Source: Heptranchias perlo
Taxonomy: Eukaryota
Direction of reading: 5' to 3'
Assembly: GCF_035084215.1 (NCBI RefSeq)
Contig: NC_090350.1
Location: forward strand, 26,722,001-26,786,000
Length of the DNA: 64,000 bases
The position numbers and the translations under genes were made by a program. Positions 35,878-49,323 of the stretch are shown piece by piece (the stretch's first letter is position 1; the number at the start of each line of letters is the position of its first letter). The notes beneath the pieces are model-generated. The model saw nothing but the letters and a program-made list of their open reading frames with translations. It was not told the DNA's origin and made no database searches.

Positions 35878-37810
35878 TTTTTAAAAATTCGTTCATGGGA
35901 TGTGGGCGTCGCTGGCGAGGCTGGCATTTATTGCCCATCCCTAATTGCCCTTGAGAAGGAGGTGGTGGTGAGCCACCTTCTTGAACCGCTGCAGTCCATG
36001 TGGGGAAGGTTCTCCCACAGTGCTGTTGGGAAGGGAGTTTTCATCCAGCGATGATGAAGGAACGGCGATATATTTCCAAGTCAGGATGGTGTGTGACTTG
36101 GAGGGGAACGTGCAGGTGGTTGTGTTCCCATGTGCCTGCTGCTCTTGTCCTTCTAGGTGGTAGAGGTCACGGGTTTGGGAGGTGCTGTCGAAGAAGCCTT
36201 GGTGAGTTGCTACAGTGCATCCTGTGGATGGTACACACTGCAGCCACAGTGCACCAGTGGTGGAGGGAGTGAATGTTTAGGGTGGTGGATGGAGTGCCAA
36301 TCAAGCGGGTTACTTTGTCCTGGATGGTGTCGAGCTTCTTGAGTGTTGTTGGAGCTGCACTCATCCAGGCAAGTGGACAGTATTCCATCACACCCCTGAC
36401 TTGTGCCTTATAGATGGTGGAAAGGCTTTGGGGAGTCAGGAGGTGAGTCACTCGCCATAGAATACCCAGCCTCTGACCTGCTCTTGTAGCCACAGTATTT
36501 ATGCGGCTGGTCCAGTTAAGTTTCCGGTCAATGGTGACCCCCAGAATGTTGATGGTGGGGGATTCAGCAATGGCAACGCCGTTGGATGTCAAGGGAAGAT
36601 GGTTAGACGCTCTCTTGTTGGAGATGGTCATTGTCTGGCACTTGTCTGGCGTGAATGTTACTTGCCATTTATCAGCCTGAGCCTGGATGTTGTCCAGGTC
36701 TAGCTGCATGCGGGCACGGACTGCTTCATTATCTGAGGAATTGCGAATGGAACTGAACACTATGCAATCATCAGCGAACATCCCCACTTCTGACCTTATG
36801 ATGGAGGAAAGGTCATTGATGAAGCAGCTGAAGATGGTTGGGCCTAGGACACTGCCCTGAGGGACTCCTGCAACAATGTCCTGGTGCTGAGAAGATTGGC
36901 CTCCAACAACCACCACGATCTTCCTTTGTGTTAGGTATGACTCCAGCCACTGGAGAGCTTTCCCACTGATTCCCATTGACTTTAATTTTACCAGGGCTCC
37001 TTGGTGCCACAGTCGGTCAAATGCTGCCTTGATGTCAAGGGCAGTAATTCTCACCTCACCTCTGGAATTTAGCTCTTTTGTCCAGGTTTGGACCAAGGCT
37101 ATGATGAGGTCTGGAGCTGAGTGGTCCTAGCGGATCCCAAACTGAGCATTGGTGAGCAGGTTATTGGTGAGTAAGTGACACTTGATAGCACTGTCGACAA
37201 CACCTTCCATCACTTTGCTGATGATTGAGAGTAGACTAATGGGACGGTAATTGGCTGGATTGGATTTGTCCTGCTTTTTGTGGACAGGACATAACTGGGC
37301 AATTTTCCACTTTGTCGGGTAGATGCCAGTGTTGTAGCTGTACTGGAACAGCTTGGCTGAAGGTGTGGCTAGTCCTGGAGCACAAGTCTTCAGCACTGCA
37401 GCCGGGATATTGTTGGGGCCCATAGCCTTTGCTGTATCGAGTGTACCCAGCCATTCCTTGATAGCACGTGGTGTGAATCAAATTGGCTGAAGACTGGCTT
37501 CTGTGACAGTGGGGATCTCGGGAGGAGGCCAAGATAGATCATCAACTCTGCACTTCTGGCTGAAGATGGTCGCAAATGCTTCAGCCTTGTCTTTTGCACT
37601 CACGTGCGGGGCTATGCCATCATTGAGGATGGAAATGTTCACGGAGCCTCCTCCTCCCATTAGTTGTTTAATTTTTTTTTATTCGTTCACGGGATGTGGA
37701 CGTCGCTGGCGAGGCCAGCATTTATTGCCCATCCCTAATTGCCCTCGAGAATTGTCCAGCACCATTGAAGACTGGATGTGGCAGGACTTCAGATCTTTGA
37801 TCTGATCCAT
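35878..37810 (-). mobile_element. Non-LTR retrotransposon (second CR1/L2-group family), 5'-truncated RT
   Basis: YRPISLLSIISKVME, ALDIKAAFDRLWH, GVPQGSVLGP, MFADD; distinct 3' end gggcaattagggatgggcaataaatgcc...gaacgaat. Confidence 0.93.
37674..37749 (-). mobile_element. 76-bp 3' end of the same LINE family nested inside it, TSD AATT
   Basis: Near-copy of 35888-35957; AATT at 37670-37673 and 37750-37753. Confidence 0.75.
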
Positions 37811-39499
37811 ATGTTCTTGAGGTGGGTGGGAAGCTGACCTGTATGGCAATGAATACTGACTCAAAATGCAGTATCAGAGAAACTTGAACATGAGTTTACG
37901 TGTATTTCATTCATGCTGGTTACAGTGAGGCACAGGTAGGGGCCTTGAGCACACCCTCTTGCTTAAAACAAATGGAGTGTGGCATTAGAAAACACTAAAA
38001 ATAGGAAAAATAAAGGGAAGAGGAGCAGAATGCAACTGTAGCAGCTGTGGAATTTCGCACTCTTATGTGCCAAAATATAATTTCTTCCAATCATTAAAAT
38101 AATTTTCTAACATTTTTCATATGGCTTGGAAAAATTCCTCACAACACTGCAAATAAGTGTCATTATTTTCAGCATATGTCAAGGTAGGTATTGGGCCAGG
38201 TTAATAAAAACATCCAAAACATTGCATTAAATGCACAGCATGATTTTAGATTTTATTGCAGTAAATTTAATAGCTGGAATCTCACCACATGTGTTTTATA
38301 TGAAAGTTGTCAACACAAGTGAAAAATTAATTAGAGCCTTGGTGCAACTGGACAAGGTCAGTGACTTAAAGATAAAAATAAGAGTGAAGGGCCTCTTTCG
38401 TCTAACTGGATCCTGCGTAACTGGCTGCAATTTAATGATCTGCAAGTTCGATTTGAAATGCCTCTTAGGGAGCACTTTACAACCTTCTTCAGAGATGCAA
38501 ACGCTTGTCCAAGTATGAACAGAATGTCTCCCATATGGCGCTAATCACTTCACTGGTGGGGTTATTTGAGGTTGGTTACATTTTTTCATTTTCCTTCAAA
38601 GCCTTTGTTTTTCTTTCCAAACACAATGAAATCCAAGTATGTGTGTTTACTAGAAGCAAATTATCAGCCTTCGATTAATGTAATGATATAGCCTAGCATT
38701 ATTAGTGGATGAACTCTCAACATGTTCATATGATATTCCTTTGCCCGCTACTACATGAAAAGAACATCTGTAAAGAAGGACAAGAAAAAAAACATCAGGC
38801 CCATCAGCGCTCACCCTATTTAAAATAAATGGGTTAACATTTCCCTTGTTAGTGGACAGAGGAATGTCATATGAACAGTGTTTGCCTGCTATCATTGCCA
38901 ACATTAATTTCTATTTTAAAATCATGGGATGAGAACCAAAGCTCAATTCTGAACTGGGACGAAAGGGTAAAAATATGGACCCAATTCAAAATAATTGAGG
39001 TTTACAATAGTATGTTTGTGTACGTGTTTTAATGGCACCATTTATATAACGGGGGGTCGCTTGCCAGATTTCATCTGTCGTATAGATGTAAAATAATATA
39101 TTTTGAGTCATGGCAAAAAGTTTTCCTTTGTAGGTTGAGTGTCCGTGACAACTATTGGAGGCTGCAAAGGAAGGAAGTTCTTTAAAATAATATTAAAATA
39201 ATTTTTGCAGTCTGAGTTCCCTGATAGTCTGGTGGGGGTGGGGGGTACAGGATATCTATGTCTAAGTTCCTTGCTAGACTTGTGGGAGAGAATGCAAATG
39301 ATTTCCTGTTGTTTCTGTGGGGGTGCTGCATCTGAATTCACTGATTGTTTAGTTTGAGGTCTCTGTTTGAATTTCCTACTGTGTGTGGTGTGGAATGGTC
39401 CAAATGAACTCCAGTGTGGTCTAGGGCAGAAGCAACTAATTTCCTGGTGAGTGGCTACATCTAATTGCACTTGTCATCTAGTGAGGGTCTGAGTACTCT

Positions 39500-42400
39500 C
39501 ATGCAGAATGAATCCTTGCAAGGTTAATGATGATCTGGGGAGTACCAATGTGTCCAGGCTCCCAGATGGTCTAAGGATGCCTTCCAGTCTTTTCCTGTTT
39601 GTTTCTTTAATTTTTGGCTGCTTTTTTCTATTTTCAGATTTTGGACTGTCCAAAAATTACACAGCCTTTGATCTTGTCCAACAGGTACGAGGTACTTGCT
39701 ACCTGTGTGGCTGAGAACAAGGGCTGCAGGGAGGATGGGCAAACTGACTACGGTACCATGGTACAGAAGGTCATTCAAGTGGGGGGATTAATAAGGAATG
39801 TGGTAGTGGTAGGGGATAGTATAATCAGGGGGATAGACTCTGTTCTCTGCAGCCGGGACCGAGAGTCCCGAAGGCTGTGTTGCCTGCCCGGTGCCAGGCT
39901 TAAGGACATCTCCTCGCGGCTGGAAAAGAACTCGGAGCATGAGGGGGAAGATCCAGTTGTCGTGGTCCATGTAGAAACCAACAACATAGGTAGAACTAAG
40001 AATGGGGTTCTGCTAAGACAGTTTGAGGCGCTAGGGTCTAAATTAATAAGCAGAACTTCAAAGGTAATAATCTCTGGATTACTACCTGAGCCACCTGCAA
40101 ATTGGCATTAGGATAAACAGATCAGAGAGCTAAATGCGTGGCCCAAAGAGTGGTGTGGGAGACTGGGGTTTCAATTCATGGGGCACTGGCACCAACAATG
40201 GGGAAAGAGGGAGCTGTTCGGTTGGGACGGGCTCCACTTAAACCGGACTAGGACCAGCATCCTGGTGAATCGAACAACTAGGGCTATAGATAGGGCTTTA
40301 AACTAAAAAGGGGGGAAGGGGTCAGATGAGGGGAAATTTAGAAATCTAATGAGGAAAGTCAAGGCAACAGAGCAGTGTAGTGATTTCGGTAAAGATAAGC
40401 AGAATGTGGCAGGAAGGGACAGAGAGTTTACCAATAATAGTGCATCAGCAAATAATGTCAAAGCAGGAAAAAATGGGTTTGATCTAATAGCCATTACAGA
40501 CATGGTTGCAAAGTGACCAAGGTTGGGAACTAAATATTCCAGGATACATGATGTTTAGAAAAGACAGGCAGAATGGAAAAGGAGGGGGTGTAGCCCTAAT
40601 AATAAAGGATGACATAAGGACAGTGGTGAGAAAGGATCTTGGCTCAGAAGATCAGGAAGTAGAATCAGTATGGATGCAAATAAGAAAACACAAGGGGCAG
40701 AAAACACTGGTGGGAGTAGTTTATAGGCCCCCGAATAGTAGCAATACCATTGGACAGAGTATTAATCATAAAATAATAGGAGCTTGTAACAAAGGTAATG
40801 CAGTAATCGTGGGGGACTTTAATCTTCATATAGTCTGGGCAAATCAAATTGGAAAAGATAGTTTGGAGGACGTGTTCATAGAATGCATTCGAGATGGTGT
40901 CCTAGTCTTAAACTTAAATAAAGCCAATTACATAGGAACGAGGGGCGAATTGGCTAAGGTAGATTGGGAAATCAAATGAAAGGGTATGACAATTGAAAAG
41001 CAATGGCAAACATTTTTTTAAAAATTCAATATTCCCAACAAATAGAGAAATTGAGAAATAAAAACTCCACAGGTAAAATGATCCACTCGTGGCTAACTAA
41101 AGAAGTTCAGGATAGTATTAGATTAAAAGAAGAGGCCTATAATGTTGTCAAGAAGAGTTGTAAGCCTGAGGATTGGGAGAGTTTTAGAAACCAGCAGAGG
41201 ACAACCAAAAAATTGGTAAAAAGAGAGAAAATAGAATATGAAAGTAAACTAGCAAGAAATATAAAAACGGATTAAAAGAGCTTCTACAAGTATGTAAAAA
41301 GGAAGAGAGTAGCAAAAGTAAACGTTGGTCCCATAGAGGCTGAGACAGGAGAAATTATAATGGGGAATCAGGAAATGGCAGATGTGTTAAAGAAATATTT
41401 TGTATCTGTCTTCACAGTAGACGACACAAAAAACATACCAGAAATAGTGGGGAACCAAGGGTCTAATGAGAGTGAGGAACTTAAAGTAATTAATATCAGT
41501 ACAGAAAAAGTACTTGAGAAACTAATGGGACTAAAAGCCGATAAATCCCTTGGACCTGATGGCCTACATCCGAGGGTTCTAAAAGAGGTGGCTGCAGAGA
41601 TACTGGATGCATTGGCTATGATCTTCCAAAATTCCCTAGATTCGAGAATGGTCCCAGCGGATTGGAAGGTAGCAAATGTGACCCCGCTATTCAAGAAAGG
41701 AGGGAGAGAGAAAACAGGGAACTGCAGGCCAGTTAGCCTGACATCAGTCATCAGGAAAATGCTGGAATCCATTATTAAGGAAGTGGTAACAGGGCACTTA
41801 GAAAATCATAATATGATTAAGCAGAGTCAACATGGTTTTATGAAAGGGAAATCGTGTTTGACAAATTTACTGAGTTTTTTGAGGACATAACTAGCAGGGT
41901 AGATAAAGGGAAACCAGTGTTTGTAGTATATTTGGATTTTCAAAAGGCATTCGATAAGGTGCCACATAAAAGGTTGTTACACAAGATAAGGGCTCATGGG
42001 GTTGGGAATAACATATTAGCATGGATAGAGGATTGGTTAACGGACAGAAAACAGAGAGTAGGGATAAACGGGTCATTTTCAGGTTCGCAGGCTGTAACTA
42101 GTGGGGTGCAGCAAGGATCGGTGCTTGGGCCTCAGCTATTTACAATCTGTATTAATGAATTAGATGAAGGGACCGAGTGTAATGTATCCAAGTCTGCTCA
42201 CGATACAAAGCTAGGTGGGAAAGTAGAATCATAGAAGTTTACAACATGGAAACAGGCCCTTCGGCCCAACATGTCCATGTCGCCCAGTTTATACCACTAA
42301 GCTAGTCCCAATTGCCGGTACTTGGCCCATATCCCTCTATACCCATCTTACCCATGTAACTGTCCAAATGCTTTTTAAAAGACAAAATTGTACCCGCCTC

Positions 42401-43582
42401 TACTACTGCCTCTGGCAGCTCGTTCCAGACACTCACCACCCTTTGAGTGAAAAAATTGCCCCTCTGGACCCTTTTTTATCTCTCCCCTCTCACCTTAAAT
42501 CTATGTCCCCTCGTTATAGACTCCCCTACCTTTGGGAAAAGATTTTGACTATCTACCTTATCTATGCCCCTCATTATTTTATAGACTTGTATAAGATCAC
42601 CCCTCAACCTCCTAGTCTCCAGGGAAAAAAGTCCCAGTCTATCTAACCTCTCCCTATAAGTCAAACCATCAAGTCCCGGCAGCATCCTAGTAAATCTTTT
42701 CTGCACTCTTTCTAGTTTAATAATATCCTTTCTATAATAGGGTGACCAGAACTGTACACAGTATTCCAAGTGTGGCCTAACTAATGTCTTGTACAACTTC
42801 AACAAGACATCCCAACTCCTGTATTCAATGTTCTGACCAATGAAACCAAGCAAGCTGAATGCCTTCTTCACCACCCTATCCTCCTGTGACTCCACTTTCA
42901 AGGAGCAATGAACCTGTACTCCTAGATCTCTTTGTTCTATAACTCTCCCCAACGCCCTACCATTAACGTAGTAGGTCCTGGCCCGATTCGATCTCCCAAA
43001 ATGCATCACCTCACATTTATCTAAATTAAACTCCATCTGCCATTCATCGGCCCACTGGCCCAATTTATCAAGATCCCATTGCAATCCTAGATAACCTTCT
43101 TCACTGTAAGCTGTGAGGAGGACACAAAGAGTCTGCAAAGTGATATAGGCAGGTTAAGTGAGTGGGCAAGAAGTTAGCAGATGGAGTATAATGTGGGGAA
43201 ATGTGAGGTTATTCACTTTGGTAGGAAAAATAGAAAAACAGAATATTTTTTAAATGGTGAGTAACTATTAAATGTTGGTGCTCAAAGAGACTGGAGTGTC
43301 CTTGTACAAGAAACACAAAAAGTTAGCATGCAGGTACAGCAAGCAATTAGGAAAGCAAATGGCATGTTGGCCTTTATTAAGGGGGTTGGAGTAAAAGAGT
43401 AAGGAAGTCTTGCCACAATTATACAGGGCTTTGGTGAGACCTCACCTGGAGTACTGTGTACAGTTTTGGTCTCCCTATCTAAGGAAGGATATACTTGTCT
43501 TAGAGGTGGTGCAACAAAGGTTCACTAGATTAACTCCTGGGATGAGAGGGTTGTCCTATGAAGAGAGGTTGCGTAGAATGGG
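39500..43582 (+). mobile_element. Near-full-length CR1 LINE, degraded, with internal deletions and a nested insertion
   Basis: ORF1 esterase remnant (VVGDSIIRG, VHVETNN) at 39614-40111; endonuclease 40506-40979 with an apparent deletion after ECIRD; RT 41360-42225, resuming at 43106; 3' end missing. Confidence 0.93.
42226..43105 (-). mobile_element. CR1 3' fragment inserted antisense into the host CR1 RT
   Basis: Host reads ...gggaaaGTA | GTAagctgtgag...; GTA at 42223-42225 and 43106-43108; insert ORF 42476-43138 and CTATGATT tail. Confidence 0.92.
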
Positions 43583-43843
43583 TCAATGAGATTTATACAG
43601 ACAATATTGTGTATTGGTTAATGAATTGTCAATGTACTGTTTGTATTATGTGGACTAACCCATATAGTTAATTTTTATTCTCTCTCCTCCCCCTGGGTTT
43701 TCCTGCATCATGCACCAATCTCCAAAAGGGTGAGTACATGACCTATACCCTGAGCACACTTGATTAAGGCCAGTAGGAGGTACAAAGACTGGCCTGTGTT
43801 GATTTACTCTTCAATTGTCTCCACCTCCCTATGTAGAAATACA

Positions 43844-44521
43844 TGGGCCTGGAAAGTAGGCCGTGCAGCACCAATTTTCCAGGCGGTAAATGGTGGGCAG
43901 GAAGCACCTACTCATTGTGAGCTGGAAATGCCCCACCTACCATATTGGTAATGGCCAACAAATTGCTTACAGTGCCCACTCCTGAAACAGGCGTTAGCTC
44001 CTTTACATATGCAAATAAGGGGCCTGATGCCTGTTTGAGGCCCCCACTTAAAGACTGATTTGCCCTGAGGTAGCTAGCACCATCGCCGGCTGCACTCAGG
44101 AAAACCAGGCCTACATCTGGCCCAATAGGCAGGACCGCCTGTTAGGCTGCAACCAACAAGGTAAGTTTTTAAATATACTTACGTCAATGAGCCGGGAGAA
44201 GCAGAAGTCTTCCTCACAACCACACATTCAAAGAATGTAGGCCGCTGCCAGACACGGATCCCCTCCCCCCGATCGACGCTACTTCTACCACGGCCACTGT
44301 TACCTCCCAACCCGGTCGCACCCCTTCTTCACTTACCTGAGGGCCGTTGCGACGCCAGCAGTGACCAGATCTTCCATCGCCCTTCGCCGGCAAGCTGCTC
44401 ATTGCTCTCCGCAGCTTGCCGGCTCAATGGAAATGAGGCCCTAGGCCCTCTAACAGGGACGCCTTGGGCCTCACCTTTCAGGCACAGGGATCGATCCCTG
44501 CGTGGCCAAATTTATAAGCCC
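43844..44521. mobile_element. Harbinger-type MITE (inverted homolog of 12444-13052)
   Basis: Shared block gcactcaggaaaaccaggcctacat...aataggcaggacc..ctgttaggctgcaaccaacaaggtaa; ends GGGCCTGGAAA / TTTATAAGCCC. Confidence 0.7.
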
Positions 44522-44649
44522 TGGGTCTCTAATATCATCCGTGAGATCAGTGAGTATACTTTCCTTCAGTCACTAGCAATATATGTGAGAGTATGTGATG
44601 GGGAAAGACAATTTAAATTTACACAGACTTTTTCCACTCACACTGACAC

Positions 44650-45116
44650 AAGAACATAAGAAATTGGAGCAGAAGTAGGCCATATGGCCCCTTGAGTCTG
44701 CTCCACTATTCAACAAGATCATGGCTGATTTTCTACCTCAACTCCACTTTCCCACCCTATCCCCATATCCCTTGATTCCCTTAGTGTCCAAAAATCTATC
44801 GATCTCAGTCTTGAATAAACTCATTGACTGAGCATCCACAGCCCTCTGGGGTAGAGAATTCCAAAGATTCATAACTCTCTGAGTGAAGACATTTTTCCTC
44901 ATCTCGTTCCTAAATGGCTGACCCCTTATCTTGGGATTATGACCCCTAGTTCTAAACTCTCCAGCCAGGGGAAACAGCCTCTCAGCATCTACCCTGTCGA
45001 GCCCTCTCAGAATTTCATACATTTCAATGAGATCACCTCTCATTCTCCTAAACTCCAGAGAATATAGGCCCATTATACTCAATCTCTCCTCATAGGACAA
45101 CCCTCTCATCCCAGGA
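44650..45116 (-). mobile_element. CR1 3' fragment
   Basis: ORF 44738-45109 GLYSLEFRRMRGDLIE...FTQRVMNLWNSLP; CTTATGTT tail. Confidence 0.93.
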
Positions 45117-46479
45117 AAATCTACCCAAAGGAATTAAGCATATGGGGAATTTGCACAAATCCATGCCCCACTACAACATACCAGAACGAGCTGGATTGTC
45201 AGTGTATTATTCCACTGCATTGGCTTTGTATAGCTCTAAAGCACATCTGAAGTAGTTTAGTAATTCAAGCAGCCAAGTATTTCACTGCCACCCAGAAGAC
45301 TGAGGTATCAAATCTCACAGCTGCCTAAACTACTTGCCCAGTCTTGTGGGTTTTATCTGTTATCAAGCTACTAGATTAAGCACAACTTGAAAGCAGTGCA
45401 TTCCATCTCAAGGAGTGGAAAACCTGGCATCATCTGGCTTCTTCCTACTTCAACTGTTCCTTTTGCCAACTAGTTACTGTATGGCATTGACAGTAATCTT
45501 ATAATGTTGCAGGCCAACAAAGGGATCAACAGTAGAGAAAAATAAAACTGAGCAAAAAGACAGATTAAACATTCATTTTCAGGGCCCAGCAAAGTTCAGG
45601 CCACAATGGCCAGGTAGTCATGTAAAGTTAACCAGAATTTTCCCATTTAACACAATTTTCCCATGATCAGGTCATTTCATTCTTATTCATAGCTCCCTCT
45701 GGAATTGTGGCCTTCTACAATGTGCTAGCCTAACCAAGACGGGAAAGACTGGAAAGTTCATGCTGTAGGGCTTCCTGCGCAGTTCAGGAAACCCACCATT
45801 GCTTATTATTGGTGGAGATCCAGCGTAAAATCTCTGTACATGTTTGTCTTCCATTACACCTTGTGTAGCTAACGTGTGTGATACCAAGCATACTCTTTGC
45901 CCATAAAAGCAGATATTTCCTCTCTTCAACCAGCTCTCATCCATATATCCAACATAAGGTTAGGTTTTCTTCCCTGCTACCAGGGTAGCCATTGTCAATT
46001 GACCTATAAACAAAATTTGCATGTTCTATTACCGAATCATCTGTTAGCTACAAAATAAAATCACTTTTTTTTATACTTTCTGAGCAGCTCATTATATTAA
46101 AATTGATCCTTAAGTACATAATAAAAATTTTAGGGCTCATGCAACTTTAGCAATCTTTCTCAAACATTGATTTTTACATTTTTTTCTGTGGGAAACTCCT
46201 GGAAATACTGTCACACTCCCAGGGTGCGCCATGCCAACTTCCTAAAGATATTGTCAGCTTCACAAACAAAAATGTTTTTATTAGCATACAACAACAGAAA
46301 TAATATGCTGCTAACTCAACAAATTCAGAAAATTACAGTAATCTGATGACAGATGGATAGAAATCTGGTAATTTGGGGACCTCTAGGGATCCCTTCACAG
46401 ACTCTCCAGGATACAGGGGCCCCCATTTTGAAAACATACACTGTAAAAGCTAAGATAAAAGTATTATTTAAAATGTAAT

Positions 46480-47040
46480 AATAACAACTTGCATTTATAT
46501 AGCACCTTTAATGTGGGAAAGCACCCCAAGGGGCTTCACAGCAGACAAAAATTGACACCGAGCCAAAGGAGGAGATATTAGGATGGATGACATAAAGATT
46601 GGTTAAAGAGGTAGGTTTAAGGAAGGTCCAAAAGAAGTAAATAGAGGTGAAGGCTAAAGAGGCGGAGAGGTTTAGGGAGGAAAATCTAAAGCTTAGGGAC
46701 TAGACAACTGAAGGCACACCCCCAACGGTGAGGCAAAGGGTGCGGGATCCATAAGAGGTCAGGGTTGGAGGAACGCAGAGTTCTTGGAGGGTTGTAATGC
46801 TGGATGAGGTTACAGAGATAGGGAGGGGCGAGGCTGTGGAGGGGTTAGAATTTATTTGTGACTTTGATTGGGGCTGTTTGAAGGCTGTGGCAGGGGTGGA
46901 AACCTGATTGGAGAGGTTCAAACATGAAGTTGCACGAAAGATGGGCACGGATTTGGGAGATGACAACACATTCAAGGACATGAGAGGAAAGGGAGCTTGG
47001 AGATAGGCTGGTAGTTTTCAAGCAGAGAGGAGTGAAGGGT
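46480..47040 (-). mobile_element. L2-clade LINE 3' fragment with internal deletions
   Basis: acaacttgcatttatatagcaccttt is the reverse of the L2 tail; EPLQSGFHPCHS RT remnant. Confidence 0.8.
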
Positions 47041-47049
47041 GGGTAATTT

Positions 47050-47370
47050 GAGGAGAGGCAAGCATCACAAGAAACGTGATAGCACAAACAATTGGCATGC
47101 TTCCGCTGCCTGCACCGTTCCAGAGCTTTGCAGTATATTCCTCAGCCGTTATCCAGATTTGTGGTTGCCTGCTGCATGCTATATAACCTTGCCATCATGA
47201 GGGTCCAGCCCTTACCACCACCTGGGCAGCATGAAGTGCAGCAAGAGCAGGAGGAGGAGGAAAAGGAGGAAGAGCAAGAGAAGCATTGACCACCAGTGCC
47301 CCTTGCTGCCAGAGCTTGCAGAGAGCAGCTCATCGAAGAGCACATCACCAAAATCATCCCTCCCATCCCC
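47050..47370 (+). pseudogene. Harbinger (HARBI1-like DDE) transposase C-terminal remnant
   Basis: TRNVIAQTIGML/FRCLHRS..ALQY.P..SRFVVACCMLYNLA followed by an acidic tail and AARACREQLI. Confidence 0.85.
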
Positions 47371-47564
47371 AATACACCAGCAGTCCTTACTACCACCATC
47401 CGACTGCCATCATTCAGTTCAACCTTATGGGTCGTGCCCTCATTTCACTACAAACATAAACACCAACACCAAATCCAGAACAAAAAAGAAATGTACCTAA
47501 TAGCTCAATTCAATCTGCATCTAACAGTTAACAGAAATAATTATGAATCACCCTCAAGCAAGCC

Positions 47565-49323
47565 CTAAGTGCCTGTCTTGTGTGTTCCTTTAACTATATT
47601 AGTACTCCTATGAAGTGTTTCCACAGTGGCTACAGCTTGGGAGGTGGAAAGCTGCTGAGATTGCATTGAGGATGCTTCAGATGGCTGTGATGGGCGACTT
47701 CGAGCAGCTCTGGGTCTTGGAAGCCCATCATGGCCATCTGCAGACTGCAGCATCTCGGCATGTGCCGGGGCAGTCTGGCCCAGGTGGCTGTGCACCACTA
47801 AAAAGGCCTTTGGCAGAATGACTGGTGGGGGACCAGGCATGCTGTCATCCTGAGAGAGGACAACAGGTGCCTCTCCAATGGAGCCAAAGCCATTCTCCTG
47901 GGACTGCACCTCAGCACCCCTCCAGCTCTGCACAAGAGCAGAGTGTGACATGACGCTCTGGAAGCCCCCAAAGCCAAGATGGCAGCCACCTGAGTTTCCA
48001 TGGCAGCTGTGAAAGCTGTCAGGAGATGCTCCGTGATGGTGAGCGCCACTGTCGTGTTGATGTAGCTGACCGCTCGGTCCATGTTGGACAGAATAGTCTC
48101 CATGCTCTGCTTGAAGACTTGACACAAGTTGCAGCTGGACTCCTCCATGCTCTGTGACATCGAACGCAAGCTTGCTGGCAGGCTGCCCAATGCACCTAAC
48201 ATTTCCTGGCATATGCCCATTAGCCTTCTTTGGTAGGCTGAACCATCAAAGTTAACATCTGAGTCCTCTGCAGCAGAGCTATTTTGCAATCTTGCCCTCC
48301 GGCAAGCTGGCACCAGTGGGGTCCTATCCCCCTGCCCTAGCTCCTGCAGACTTGTGCTTGGTGATTCAGCAAGTGAAGACTCATGCTCTAGCCTAGCCTC
48401 TAAAGTCCACGTGGTGCCAGTATCTGAGCTGTTGCTTGCAAGGGTGAGATCGAGTGATGCTGCATGAACAGGAAAGCCAAGCTCCTCTTCCTGAAGTGGC
48501 AGAGATCTTCAGCACCTGAAATAAAAGAGAGGGATAAGGGTTAACTTCTACTGTAAAGGGATAGCAGAGAGAAATGAGTGGTGAAAACATCTGCAGTTTG
48601 TCATGCCGTGTGTAGAGTGAGATAGAAGAAGGGAAAAAAAAGGATAAGGTGTGAGCAAACCCTGTGCGAAATCTCCTCCAGTGTTGCCAGTAGCCGCGGC
48701 CATGGCCCTGTCCCTGCCAGTGATGCCCAGCATGCTTTTATCTACAGGGGAGAGAGTATGCAGGCAGGCTCAGCCTCCTCTGCTGGCAGCGTGCTGTCTG
48801 GAATTGTGACCGATCTTTCCCTGTGAGAAAGAAGTGTCTTGTGAGATGTTTAGAGAATGTGCCTGCCATAGTCGAATAGTTGGTATGCAGTTTATAAGAT
48901 GTGAGGTGTGGGGAAGTAAGGGTTGCAAAAGTGTTGAGAGTGAGAGTCTGAGGCTGAGGAGGTGCAATGAAGTGTGGCGCAGTGATTGTAGGAGTGTGAA
49001 GGGAATTAGGGGGAAGGGGGTCGTGAGACTGGAGGTGGTGGAGGTTTGAGCAGACAGTAAGAGAGCAGTTTTGTTACCTAGACAACTCCGGTGAGGTCAT
49101 TGAACTCCATTCAGCATTGCAGCCATGTCCTGGGAGCTAAGCTCCTGGCATTGACCTCTGCCATGTCTTCCCACTGATGGTGGAGTTATTGCCTGGATGG
49201 CTTTCTGCCCCCTGGCGGGGGAGGAAAGACGAATTTCCTCCTCCTGTGCACCGCCTCCTGGACTCGGGTCTCCAAAGCAACATCGGAGAACCTGGGGGCA
49301 CAATCTACAGGTCTAGCAGCCAT
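47565..49323 (-). pseudogene. Harbinger Myb/SANT-like DNA-binding protein gene, 3 exons (49323-49078, 48820-48661, 48515-~47570), degraded
   Basis: MAARPVDCAPRFSDVALETRVQEAVHRR...FNDLTGVV|gt; ag|GKIGHNSRQ...GGG; cttttatttcag acceptor before a coiled-coil exon; stops and frameshifts. Confidence 0.75.
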
